Shown here piece after piece: positions 1-9,467 of a stretch of DNA of 64,000 nucleotides. This DNA comes from Candidatus Poseidoniales archaeon (GTDB taxonomy: Archaea > Thermoplasmatota > Poseidoniia > Poseidoniales > Poseidoniaceae): assembly GCA_038144595.1 (NCBI GenBank), contig JAYQOB010000006.1:68013-132012 (forward strand), read 5' to 3'. The first letter of the stretch is position 1, and every line of letters begins with the position of its first letter. The notes under the pieces are model-generated. The model was not told the DNA's origin. It worked only from the letters and a program-made list of their open reading frames with translations, and did not search any database. The translations under genes were made by a program, and so were the position numbers.

Positions 1-2916
1 TGAATAGCGGGGTGCCAAGCCGATGTCCGCCCACGGAACGGAGAATTCGTACACCTCATCCACAGCGCAACCACCGAGGTTGGAACTACCGGAGAGCACC
101 CATCGCTCCTCGTCGCCGACCTTGCCCTGCGCGCTGAACAGGTTCCACTTCGCTCGACCGTCCTCTCGAAGCGTATCAAAGTCGAAGGCAACCATGTGCT
201 TGGACGGGAACCCGAGAATCTGGTTCCCGTAGTAGGTGCGGAAATTGGTTTCGGCCTCGTTGAAATTGACCGCATTGGGTTGCATGAAGTAGATTGCAAG
301 GTCGGGTGAATCGTACTGGCCCACGCCCTCTGCATCCTCCAACTCATCGAGGGTCGCGGCGTCGACGCGGATGAAGACGTTGGAAGCATCGTAGCCAAAG
401 TGGAAGGACTCGATGTCGAAATTGCCACCGGACACCGGTGCGTCGTACCGGGCTGCGCCGTCCCATTCACCGGGCAATGCAATGCCGTCGATCATGGGCT
501 CAATGATGCCGGAAGCAGCAGGGTCGGGCACCGCAGGGTTGGTCCACAGGTCCTGAAGGTATGGCGGGAGGTCGAGGTTGATGGCACGGTAGATGTTCGA
601 GAGATGAACCTTGAACAGCACGTCCCAATTCTCGTCATAACCGCTGTCTTGGTCAAGTCCGTACCACCAGTACCAATCGCTGCCTTCAGCGATGTAGAGC
701 GATTCCCAAGCCGCCGGAAGACCGGGGTCGTTGGGGTTCGAGGTCTCGAATTCGACGAGGGCTTGACGAGCCTCCACCAAGCGCTGCCAGGCGAGGCTCT
801 CTTCCTCTTCACCCGCCCACGTACGCAAGGTACCGTCGATCCACGAACCTGTACCGATGGTTTGGATTTCGGGCAGGTCGGTTCCCTTGGTCAGGAATTC
901 GGATGGTGTGGTCGTCACGATGGTCGGGTGGTCGGCCAAACGACCGTACCATTCGGCCATGAACGGGCGAGCGTTGTCGTGGTGCTGGAACTCGGACATG
1001 AACATCCAGTTCTCCCCGTCCAACGCCACGGTCAGGAGGTGTTCCGAGGGGTCTTCCCCGGCATCGAGGAGTTGCTGTCGAACGTTATCGAGGTAGGCGA
1101 TAAAGTCCGAAACGGCGGCCTCCGGTGTCATGGTGCCGTACTGGAAGGCGATGCGGTCGGAGATGACCCGGTCTCGGAAAATGACGGCGATTTCGCCGCC
1201 CTCCGCGCCGGTGACCGTCCAAGGCGTCGCCAAGTTGGCAGCGTCCTCGACATCGACCAGGTTCCCGTTGGTGTCGGTGGATTGCTTGAGGATCTCCTCA
1301 TCGGTGACCATCCACTGGATGCCCACATCGGTCACGGGCTCAACCATGGCGGGAGAAACGGCCTCTTCGCTGGGCCACATGCCCGTCGGGCGAAAGCCGA
1401 GTTCTTGCTCAAACAGGTCCATGCCGGTCACGAGGTGATTTTGCACGTCGTCCGGCCAGGCTTCCTTGTTAACCCGGATGCCGTCTTCCATGGTCCAACC
1501 GTCCATCATGAGCAGCGGCATGATGGGGTGGTAGTACGGCGTGGTGGTCAATTCCACCTGACCGTTGGCGGCCAACTCGCTGTACATCGGCAAGACGTTG
1601 CCCATGTGGTCGTGTTGGGCATCGAGCACGTAGGAAAGGTCGGACAGGCTGTAATCTCCGTCTTGCATGAACAGGGCGATGAGACCTTCATCGCGGTGGC
1701 TGCTGTTGTACGCGCCCAGCACATAGTCGGGCGAAAACTGGTAGAGGTACCACAAGACTTGCAGGTCGAGGAAATCCTGTGGGGCAAGCAATTCATCGTC
1801 CATGATGGTGTCTGGCTTGAGGTTGTGGAGGGTCATGTCGTAGAGTTCCTTGTAGCGGGCGCTTGAGGGATAGAGCCAACCCAATTTTTCATCGCTTTGC
1901 GACACGTTGTAGATCCAGCCGCTGTTCCAAAAGGACTGGAACTGCATGGTGTGAAGTTCAAGGGCCGTGGCATTGGGATAGCCTCCTTCGCTCCAGGAAC
2001 GCTTGGCGATGTCGGTGTGCACGTCCAAGGTTTCGCTGACGTGGTAGTCAACGAGTTGTTCAATGAACGAAGGCACGAGGTTGTAGGTAACTTTGGTGTC
2101 GGTGTCGGCAAGAATGCCCGGGGAATCAACGTATTCGGTCATGGCGTGAACACGCACCCAGGGCATCTCGTACATGCCCGTGAGTTTGTTCTTGTAGTAC
2201 GGTTGGTGTTGGTGGAACACGATGGCCAAGTTGAGGGCGTCGTCGACCTTTTCTGCCCCGCCCGATTCAATGATGGGGAGTTGTTGCGGAGCGGTCGCGT
2301 TGGAGATGTTCTCGGCGTGCCAGGCATGGGTGAAGGTCTCGGCACCGTTGTTGCTGGACGGGTTCTGCACCGGGAAGGAGGCCCAGACGTTGCCTTCGTC
2401 TTGCCACTGCGCATAAACGAGGATGTCAAAGGACGTGGGTTGACCCAACGCCGACCATGGAAGGGCGAATTCAGTGGCTTTGTTGTCGGCCCAACCTGCA
2501 TAGAGGTCAACCGTGGTGGATTGGTCGGTCCACGAGCTGCCGTCGTAGGCGATGTGCTGGTAGTAGGTGTCGTCCTCGAGGATAAACCCGTGGTCGGCTG
2601 CGAACGGGAGGGTGTGAGCAAAACCCCAATCCCTGGCGAGAACGGAACCGCCCTCTGAGGTGTTGAGGTAGACGAACAAATCGGCCCCTTCAATGGTGGA
2701 CTTCCAATCGGTCCCGTCCCAACCAAGGAACAGCATGGTCTCGTTCCAGGTCAGGCGGAAGTCAACGCCGCTGCTGTCGGTGGCCATCAGCGAATCGGAC
2801 GACCAATCCGAATAATCACCGTCGACGGTGATGTTTTCAGGGGTTTGCCCTTGGACAAAACCACCAAAAAGCGAGGCAAAAAATATCAGCACGAGGAGCA
2901 CGGCCTTCGAGCGCAT
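1..2916 (-). CDS. Secreted GH57-family glycoside hydrolase (amylopullulanase/alpha-amylase-like); 3'-partial, C-terminus lies beyond window start
   Basis: Absent from the ORF track because it has no in-window stop. My translation of the minus strand from ATG 2916 stays open to position 1 (972 codons). Signal peptide MRSKAVLLVLIFFASLFGGFVQG. GH57 conserved regions seen: VFHQHQPYY, GQVELTTTPYYHPI, GMWPSEEAVS, LDGENW, EGSDWYWWYG. Confidence 0.8.
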   Translation of the reverse strand, partial: MRSKAVLLVLIFFASLFGGFVQGQTPENITVDGDYSDWSSDSLMATDSSGVDFRLTWNETMLFLGWDGTDWKSTIEGADLFVYLNTSEGGSVLARDWGFAHTLPFAADHGFILEDDTYYQHIAYDGSSWTDQSTTVDLYAGWADNKATEFALPWSALGQPTSFDILVYAQWQDEGNVWASFPVQNPSSNNGAETFTHAWHAENISNATAPQQLPIIESGGAEKVDDALNLAIVFHQHQPYYKNKLTGMYEMPWVRVHAMTEYVDSPGILADTDTKVTYNLVPSFIEQLVDYHVSETLDVHTDIAKRSWSEGGYPNATALELHTMQFQSFWNSGWIYNVSQSDEKLGWLYPSSARYKELYDMTLHNLKPDTIMDDELLAPQDFLDLQVLWYLYQFSPDYVLGAYNSSHRDEGLIALFMQDGDYSLSDLSYVLDAQHDHMGNVLPMYSELAANGQVELTTTPYYHPIMPLLMMDGWTMEDGIRVNKEAWPDDVQNHLVTGMDLFEQELGFRPTGMWPSEEAVSPAMVEPVTDVGIQWMVTDEEILKQSTDTNGNLVDVEDAANLATPWTVTGAEGGEIAVIFRDRVISDRIAFQYGTMTPEAAVSDFIAYLDNVRQQLLDAGEDPSEHLLTVALDGENWMFMSEFQHHDNARPFMAEWYGRLADHPTIVTTTPSEFLTKGTDLPEIQTIGTGSWIDGTLRTWAGEEEESLAWQRLVEARQALVEFETSNPNDPGLPAAWESLYIAEGSDWYWWYGLDQDSGYDENWDVLFKVHLSNIYRAINLDLPPYLQDLWTNPAVPDPAASGIIEPMIDGIALPGEWDGAARYDAPVSGGNFDIESFHFGYDASNVFIRVDAATLDELEDAEGVGQYDSPDLAIYFMQPNAVNFNEAETNFRTYYGNQILGFPSKHMVAFDFDTLREDGRAKWNLFSAQGKVGDEERWVLSGSSNLGGCAVDEVYEFSVPWADIGLAPRYS

Positions 2917-2967
2917 TGCATATCCGTGGCGTGATAGATTGAAAGGCTTTATCGCATTTTGAAGGGC

Positions 2968-4209
2968 ATGGAAGGGAACGGCGTTCTGTGCCACTTGACT
3001 TCGCTTCCAAACCCATGCCTTGCCGATGCGCAACGCTTCGTGCGTTGGCTTGCCGAACACGATTACCGCTCATGGCAGGTGTTGCCTCTCACCCCGCCCG
3101 ACGAACACGGCTCACCCTACGCCTCACCAACGGCGTTTGCCGCATGGCCGACACTGATGCAGGTGGAAACTCAGGTACCCATGGACGATGACGCTTATTG
3201 GTTGGAGGATTGGGGGCTGTATGCGGCCATCAAGGATGACCATGATGGAGCGCCGTGGTTTGCTTGGCCCGCCCCACTGCGAGACCGAGAACCTGCTGCC
3301 TTGGCCGAGTACCGTGAACGGGCCAACCTGCACGTGGAGCAACAGCAGCGGTTCCAGGCAGCGTGGCACCAATTGCAGCAAACAGCGGCAGAGCACGAAG
3401 TCGCCCTCATCGGCGATTTGCCCATCTTCGTTTCCCACGACTCGGCTGATGTGTGGGCCCACCGCCATCTCTTCCAACTCAACGATGACGGGATGCCGGA
3501 GGTCGTGGCCGGGGTCCCGCCCGATTATTTCTCGGAAGGTGGACAAAAATGGGGCACCGTCCTCTATTGTTGGGACGCCCACCGGCGTGAAGGTTGGCGC
3601 TGGTGGAGGGAGCGAATGAAGCGCATGCTTCGGTTGTTTGACGTCGTTCGCATCGACCACTTCAGAGCCGTTCATTCCAACTGGGCGATTCCAACAGAAG
3701 ACGAGGACGCCCGCCGCGGTTGGTGGCAAGTTGGACCGGCGGACGAACTCATGGAAGCGCTCATCGATGCGAGTGGTGGGCCTGGACGCCTGCTCGCCGA
3801 AGACCTGGGCATCATCCCAGAAGAGGTCGTCGCCCTGCGTCGACGCTTCAACCTCCCCGGCATGGCGGTCCTGCAGTTTGGCTTCGACGGCAACCCGTCC
3901 AACCCGCACCATCCATCCAACATCCAAACCGATCACGTCGTCTACACCGGCACCCACGACAACAACACCACGCACGGATGGTGGGCGAGCCTTGACGATG
4001 AGACGAAACAGCGAGTTCACCACCTGCTTCAACCCGACGAGTCACCCTCGGAGGGATTGATGCGTTTGGCGAGGGAAAGCGGTGCTGCGATGGCCATGGT
4101 TCCCCTGCAGGACGTGCTCGGCCTGGGCGAAGAAGCGAGAATGAACACCCCGGGGACCTTCGAGGGCAACTGGAGATGGGCCTTCGCATGGAGCGACCTA
4201 CCCGAGTAG
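2968..4209 (+). CDS. malQ: 4-alpha-glucanotransferase (amylomaltase, GH77)
   Basis: ORF 2959..4209; position 2959 is TTG and the first ATG is 2968 (MEGNGVLCHLTSLP, a typical MalQ N-terminus). Motifs: VVRIDHFRA, GGQKWG, YTGTHDNNT. Confidence 0.9.
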   Translation: MEGNGVLCHLTSLPNPCLADAQRFVRWLAEHDYRSWQVLPLTPPDEHGSPYASPTAFAAWPTLMQVETQVPMDDDAYWLEDWGLYAAIKDDHDGAPWFAWPAPLRDREPAALAEYRERANLHVEQQQRFQAAWHQLQQTAAEHEVALIGDLPIFVSHDSADVWAHRHLFQLNDDGMPEVVAGVPPDYFSEGGQKWGTVLYCWDAHRREGWRWWRERMKRMLRLFDVVRIDHFRAVHSNWAIPTEDEDARRGWWQVGPADELMEALIDASGGPGRLLAEDLGIIPEEVVALRRRFNLPGMAVLQFGFDGNPSNPHHPSNIQTDHVVYTGTHDNNTTHGWWASLDDETKQRVHHLLQPDESPSEGLMRLARESGAAMAMVPLQDVLGLGEEARMNTPGTFEGNWRWAFAWSDLPE

Positions 4210-4257
4210 AATGGCTCACCGTGAACCTCATAACCCATTTTTTGATAGGTTGACCCG

Positions 4258-5907
4258 ATGCCACCCATTGCGTATTTCACGGCCGAAATTGGGCTTTGGT
4301 CTGAACTCCACACCTATTCGGGTGGCCTCGGTGTGTTGGCGGGCGACCACGTGAAATCAGCCGCTGATGCCCGGTTGCCGTTGGTGGGCATGAGCCTGCT
4401 CTACCGGGAGGGCTACGGGCGACAACACCTCGACGAGGCTGGCGTCCAATCCGAGAGCTATGCCCCCATCGACCCTGCTGAACACCTGACGAACACGGGC
4501 AAGACCATTCAACTGCCCCTTGACGGTGAAACCCTGTTCGCCACCATCTGGAAGACGGACGTCGTGGGTGTCTCCGGGCATGTCGTTCCCGTCTATTTCC
4601 TTGACACCGCCCATCCCAACAACACTGCAGCCTTCGTTGGCTTGGGGGCACGGTTGTACGGTGGCGACGATGACATGCGTGTTCGACAGGAGTACCTGCT
4701 CGGCGTGGGCGGTGTCCAAGCCCTGCAAGCCCTCGGTCACGACTTCGCAGGCATGCACCTCAACGAAGGACACTGCACGTTCGCTATGCTTGAGATGCTG
4801 CGCCAAGGTTGGAGCAGAGAAGTGCTCGCACAGCGAACCTTGTTCACCACGCACACGCCGGTACCCGCCGGCCACGACCGGTTCGAATGGTCGTTGGTGC
4901 GTGAGGTCATCGGTGACCTTCTGCCCGACGATGCCGAAGATTTGGTTCGAAACGCCGGTGATTCGGAGGAAGGGCGCCGCTGTTCCATGTCTCACCTCGC
5001 CGTGGCCTTGTCGACGTCCGTCAACGCCGTGTCCAACCTCAACGCACAGGTCGCTTCAACGATGTTCGGAAGCACCCACATCGCCCCCATCACCAACGGC
5101 GTGCACCACATCACATGGACTTCGCCGCAAATGAGCGGCCTGTTTGATGCCCACCTCCCTGGCTGGAAGGAAGACCCGAGCCAACTCGGCTACGCAGGCA
5201 GCCTGCCCGATGGAGCGCTGTTGGAAGCCCGTCATGCCAACCGACGGATGTTGCGTGAACTGGTTCGTGCTTCGACCGGCGTGGAACTTCACGATGACCG
5301 ATTGACCATCGGCTTCGCACGACGCTTCGCCACCTACAAGCGAGCCAACCTCGTGTTCAGTGACCTCGAGCGACTTCGTTCCATTGGAGCAAACCGAATC
5401 CAGTTCGTGTTCAGCGGCAAAGCCCACCCCAAGGACGAGGGTGGGAAGCAACTGATTCGGGATATCTTTGCGTCCGCGGGAGAAGTCGCCGACGACATCC
5501 CCGTGGCGTTCATCGAGAACTACGACATGGACACCGGTCTCGCCATGACCAGCGGCGTGGACATCTGGCTGAACAACCCGATCCGGCCGCTGGAAGCCTC
5601 CGGCACCTCGGGCATGAAAGCCGCCATGAACGGCGTGCCCAACTGCTCCATCCTCGACGGTTGGTGGCCCGAAGGTTGCGAGCACGGCGTGAACGGTTGG
5701 GCCATTGGCAGTGCGGAGGATGAACGAGACGATGCACGGGACGCCGAGAACATCTACAGCGTGTTGGAGCAAGAAGTCCTCCCGCTTTGGGACGAAGGAC
5801 CGGAACGCTGGGCCAAATTGATGCGTGCGAGCATCGCCACCTCGGCCCGATTCACCGGAACGAGAATGATCGCCGATTACGTGCACTTCTACGAGAAGTT
5901 TTCCTGA
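4258..5907 (+). CDS. glgP: Alpha-glucan (glycogen/maltodextrin) phosphorylase, GT35, short archaeal type
   Basis: 549 aa. N-terminus FTAEIGL..YSGGLGVLAGDHVKSA. Pyridoxal-phosphate region EASGTSGMKAAMNGVPNCSILDGWW. Confidence 0.9.
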   Translation: MPPIAYFTAEIGLWSELHTYSGGLGVLAGDHVKSAADARLPLVGMSLLYREGYGRQHLDEAGVQSESYAPIDPAEHLTNTGKTIQLPLDGETLFATIWKTDVVGVSGHVVPVYFLDTAHPNNTAAFVGLGARLYGGDDDMRVRQEYLLGVGGVQALQALGHDFAGMHLNEGHCTFAMLEMLRQGWSREVLAQRTLFTTHTPVPAGHDRFEWSLVREVIGDLLPDDAEDLVRNAGDSEEGRRCSMSHLAVALSTSVNAVSNLNAQVASTMFGSTHIAPITNGVHHITWTSPQMSGLFDAHLPGWKEDPSQLGYAGSLPDGALLEARHANRRMLRELVRASTGVELHDDRLTIGFARRFATYKRANLVFSDLERLRSIGANRIQFVFSGKAHPKDEGGKQLIRDIFASAGEVADDIPVAFIENYDMDTGLAMTSGVDIWLNNPIRPLEASGTSGMKAAMNGVPNCSILDGWWPEGCEHGVNGWAIGSAEDERDDARDAENIYSVLEQEVLPLWDEGPERWAKLMRASIATSARFTGTRMIADYVHFYEKFS

Positions 5908-6090
5908 TCGGAAGGCGCTTCAAACGCCCCGTCCAGTTCCTGTTTCGGTGGACTTCTCCCCGTCGCGACCAACATCAGCACCAACAGGAGGATCGCACCG
6001 ATCAAGACGTTTCTTGCCGTAACGGCCGACGAGGTGGTCGTGCTGGCCTCTTCTTCTTCGCATGGCTCGCACATGGCAACGGGACAGGGT

Positions 6091-8676
6091 TCATTCTGCG
6101 GGATGCTCGTAGGTCTCACCGCAGCAGAGTTCGCAGACTTGCATGTTGGTTTCGTTGCTCGTTCCGTTCGTGGCGTTCCCTGTGCCTCCATCGGAGGTCC
6201 CGTTGTTGGCGGTCTCGTCGGTTTGGTTGGTTGAGGTGTTGTTTGAACCGTTATTCGTTTGATTGTTGTCGCTGGGGTCAACGCAACGTGGACAGCATTC
6301 ACCGTCCTCTGCTGGCAAGACGGTCCATCCCTCAGGGCATGCATCACAGACCACCTCGGCGCATGGGTCTTCAGGGTCGGTCTCGTACTGGCACGTACCG
6401 TCGTCTTCCGTGGCCGCTGCGTTGTAGTTCGTCGCCGTCTCGTCGGTGCATCCGAGGACTGACGCAGGTGGGTAGGTGCAACTGCCGTCGTCTTCGGTCG
6501 CCGACGAATTGTAATTCTCAGCGGTTGGATCCGTGCATCCGAGGACGGTGGTGTTTCCGTCGGATTCGTTGGTTGCGGATTGGTCAACGTTGGCGTCCAA
6601 CTCAATCACTGTAACCGAATGAGCGGGAACAGCCAAGGTGCCATCGGCCAGTGGACCCGAGCCAAAGCGCACCGTGTCGTTGGCTGCAAAGCCACTGAGT
6701 TGCGCTGGCGCACCTCGGTTCAACACCACGGTCATGGTTTGCTCGTCGTGGGTCATGTTGTACGCCAGCAGGTTGGCCATGGCCAGACGGGTGCTGTATG
6801 CCCCCTGCCGCAGAGCGATGGACTCGAGACGAAGTTGCCCGAGTTGCGAGATGTTTGCAAAGAGCGACGCCTCGTGGTCGCTCCACGAGGACTGGTTGCG
6901 GTACATGTGGCGATTATCGGGGTCGGCCCCGCCGTACTCACCGTATTCATCGCCGTAGTAGAGCAGAGGAGCACCTGGCGTGGTCAACAACCAACCGTAG
7001 GCTTGGAGGGCGGCATGGTAGGCAGAGACATCGCCCGGCTGTCCGGGAAGGCCGTCCTCGACCCACTGGTTGTAGGCATCACCGGTTCCGGTGTCTGCAC
7101 GGCTGGTGAGGCGAGGAACATCGTGGCTGCCCACGTAGGGGACCATCAAGGAACCGGGCGTGTATTGGTGCTGACTTCGGTTGGTCCAGTAATCCAAGTG
7201 CTGGTAGTTTTCGTTGCCGGAGACAAACACGTTGTCCACCACGGCATGATAGAGCACGAAATCGGCCTGACCGTCCAAGCCATCAGATCCCATGTAGGCG
7301 TTGATGGCCCCGTACTGGGCTTGATTGTCTTCAAGGGAATGACCCGACCAACCCATGGCCGTTTCCCCCTTGAGGTAAACATCGTTGCCCACGGTCTCAA
7401 ACCGCTCGTTGATCTGAGCGACCAAATTTGACACCGCCAAATTCTCGACGTGCTTCACCGCATCGATGCGGGCGCCGTCAAGGTCGAAGGTTTCCATCCA
7501 CCATAGGGCATCGGCGATCATCTGTTCGGATGCCTGCCGGTTCTTCCAGTTGACATCGGGCATGTAGGCCGTGAATTGACAGTCGAGCCGATGTTCGGTC
7601 CAATCGCAGTCAGCCTGACCGCAAATGCAGCCCGTGTTGAACCAGTCCGAGTTGTTCTGAGCGTATTCGTGATCTTCGTGCACGTGATTCACCACGAAAT
7701 CCATCATCACACGCATGCCATCGTCGTGCGCCGCATCGATCATGGCCTGAAGTTCGGCCTCCGTCCCCAATCGAGGTTCAACCCCGCGGGCTTCGATGGG
7801 CCAATAACCGTGGAAGGCCGACACATCATGCACGCCATCCGCTGCTTTGCCGGTACCGGTCGCCGCCGTGTTGAACGGAGTGAGCCAAAGGGCGTTAACG
7901 CCGAGGTCGGCGAAGTAGCCCGACTCAATCATCTGCATCACGCCTGCAAAATCACCGCCCTGCCAGTCCGCTCCTTGAGCAGCACCCGTGCTGGTGCCGT
8001 CGTTGCTGGTGTTGCCGTTGACGAAACGGTCGGTCATGATCATGTAGACCAGGGCGTCGTCCCAAACGAACTCAGCATGAGGGCCGGTCCAAAACGGGAC
8101 CAAGAGGTCGTAGGCTGGATGCCCTTCGGTATCGAACCCGTCGATCTTCAGCGTGTGCTTTCCGTCCTCAAGGCCGGACAGTGGAAGCGTCCACGTCGAC
8201 GTCATGTCGTCCCACGTTGCGCCAGCCAACGCCGAGGGAACACCGTCGTGAAGGGCACCGGTGGAGCCGGCATGATAGGTGACCTCGAGGGCAACGTCCG
8301 TCAGGGTGGCGGTGTAGTGGGGGCGAAGGTGGTCGTCCACCCGCAACAATGAGTTCTCGATGTCATCGCAGTACACGCGTTCGGGGTTGCTCGGGTCAAA
8401 GATGTAGGCGCCGTCCACGATGAATTTGTAGCAGTAAAGACCCTCTGAGAGTTCAACGTCCACGCTCCAAACGTCCCCGTTGCGGGACATGGTCAGCGTT
8501 TCACTCCAGTTCCATTCGCCGATGAGTTCCACCGATGAAGCGTTGCCCGTGTAGGTAAGCGTGATGAATTCGCCCGACCGACCGTCCGCAGCCTCCGCAT
8601 CGTTGGTCACCAGCGGTGAGGCCACGACGATGAGCAACAACGCCACCAGCATCGTAGCAGGGGTGCGTGTCAGCAT
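6091..8676 (-). CDS. Secreted GH13 alpha-amylase/pullulanase-like enzyme with an N-terminal E-set/CBM48-like domain and a Cys-rich, N/T-rich C-terminal tail
   Basis: 861 aa with a signal peptide. GH13 regions seen: DFVVNHV, GARIDAVKHV, YLKGETAMG, YVGSHDVPR. The N-terminal YCYKFIVDG...DP motif is typical of AMPK-beta/CBM48 folds. The start overlaps the malK stop (TGATG). A likely lost TM anchor continues in another frame to 5889 (see findings). Confidence 0.85.
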   Translation of the reverse strand: MLTRTPATMLVALLLIVVASPLVTNDAEAADGRSGEFITLTYTGNASSVELIGEWNWSETLTMSRNGDVWSVDVELSEGLYCYKFIVDGAYIFDPSNPERVYCDDIENSLLRVDDHLRPHYTATLTDVALEVTYHAGSTGALHDGVPSALAGATWDDMTSTWTLPLSGLEDGKHTLKIDGFDTEGHPAYDLLVPFWTGPHAEFVWDDALVYMIMTDRFVNGNTSNDGTSTGAAQGADWQGGDFAGVMQMIESGYFADLGVNALWLTPFNTAATGTGKAADGVHDVSAFHGYWPIEARGVEPRLGTEAELQAMIDAAHDDGMRVMMDFVVNHVHEDHEYAQNNSDWFNTGCICGQADCDWTEHRLDCQFTAYMPDVNWKNRQASEQMIADALWWMETFDLDGARIDAVKHVENLAVSNLVAQINERFETVGNDVYLKGETAMGWSGHSLEDNQAQYGAINAYMGSDGLDGQADFVLYHAVVDNVFVSGNENYQHLDYWTNRSQHQYTPGSLMVPYVGSHDVPRLTSRADTGTGDAYNQWVEDGLPGQPGDVSAYHAALQAYGWLLTTPGAPLLYYGDEYGEYGGADPDNRHMYRNQSSWSDHEASLFANISQLGQLRLESIALRQGAYSTRLAMANLLAYNMTHDEQTMTVVLNRGAPAQLSGFAANDTVRFGSGPLADGTLAVPAHSVTVIELDANVDQSATNESDGNTTVLGCTDPTAENYNSSATEDDGSCTYPPASVLGCTDETATNYNAAATEDDGTCQYETDPEDPCAEVVCDACPEGWTVLPAEDGECCPRCVDPSDNNQTNNGSNNTSTNQTDETANNGTSDGGTGNATNGTSNETNMQVCELCCGETYEHPAE
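6385..6546 (-). repeat. Two tandem coding repeats (about 25 aa, 87-nt period), VLGCTDxxAxNYNxxATEDDGxCxY, inside the GH13 C-terminus
   Basis: VLGCTDPTAENYNSSATEDDGSCTY and VLGCTDETATNYNAAATEDDGTCQY read directly from the translation. The nucleotide copies are visibly similar. Confidence 0.8.
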
Positions 8677-9461
8677 CAGGCACCCTCCCCAGAAGGTCGA
8701 AGCAAGGTGTTGGCCGTCTCGACCAAATCGTCAAGGTGGCGACACAGGAAGGATTGAACAAATTCGTTCGCCGGTTGCTGGTATGCCTCAAGCGGAGGTG
8801 CGTGCTGTTGAAGCACCCCTTTGTCGAGGATGGCCACGCGGTCGGCCAGGGTCATCGCTTCGATTTGGTCGTGCGTGACGTAGATGGTCGTGGTACCGAG
8901 TTCATCGTGAAGTCGACGGATTTCATGACGCATTTGGTGACGCAATTCGGCGTCTAAATTGGAGAGCGGTTCGTCCATCAACAGCACCTTCGGCCGACGA
9001 ATCAAGGCACGGCCCAGGGCGACACGCTGCCGCTGACCACCGCTCAATTCCTTGGGCTTCTTGTCGAGGTGGTCGCTTAATTCCAACATCGCTGCCGTCT
9101 CTTTGACCCTCGTGGCGATTTCGCCGTCGGGGAGACGGTCAGCGCCTTTGGCCATTCGCAACCCGAAGGTCATGTTGTCGCGGACGCTCATGTGCGGGTA
9201 GAGGGCGTAGGACTGGAACACCATGCCCAGTCCACGAGCGCCAGCGGGAAGGTGGTTCACGACAACGCCGTCAATGCTGACAGTCCCGTCGGTCACTTCC
9301 TCAAGGCCGGCCAGCATTCGCAGCGTGGTTGATTTACCGCAACCCGAGGGCCCAAGCAACACCAGGAATTCGCCGTCATTGACTTCTAAATCGAGCCCTG
9401 AAACGGCTTCAAACCCGTCTTCGTATCGCTTTGCCACTCCTTCAAATTTCACACTCACCAT
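8676..9461 (-). CDS. malK: Sugar ABC transporter ATP-binding protein (MalK/UgpC-like), short form lacking the C-terminal regulatory domain
   Basis: Walker [11 protein letters not shown]-loop, signature [14 protein letters not shown], Walker [13 protein letters not shown]-loop THDQ. The ORF ends about 20 aa after the PANEFVQSF motif. Confidence 0.85.
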   Translation of the reverse strand: MVSVKFEGVAKRYEDGFEAVSGLDLEVNDGEFLVLLGPSGCGKSTTLRMLAGLEEVTDGTVSIDGVVVNHLPAGARGLGMVFQSYALYPHMSVRDNMTFGLRMAKGADRLPDGEIATRVKETAAMLELSDHLDKKPKELSGGQRQRVALGRALIRRPKVLLMDEPLSNLDAELRHQMRHEIRRLHDELGTTTIYVTHDQIEAMTLADRVAILDKGVLQQHAPPLEAYQQPANEFVQSFLCRHLDDLVETANTLLRPSGEGA

Positions 9462-9467
9462 GTGTTC

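Noticed and set aside
400-2658. Plus-strand ORFs 400..1866 (488 aa) and 1897..2658 (253 aa), plus the fragmented minus-strand ORFs listed in this interval
   Set aside because: The real gene is the unlisted minus-strand frame that carries the GH57 motifs and is open from 2916 to the window edge. The listed ORFs are antisense or off-frame (V/G/H-rich or P/T/S/R-rich).
6100-6560. Possible CRISPR-like or satellite periodicity (87-nt repeat, N/T-rich run)
   Set aside because: There are only two copies, both are in frame, and they encode a Cys-containing protein module plus a glycosylation-type linker. There is no repeat-spacer architecture anywhere in the window.
5787-6614. Plus-strand 275-aa ORF rich in R, C and W
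   Set aside because: It overlaps the glgP 3' end and is antisense to the GH13 tail. Its composition is typical of an off-frame translation.
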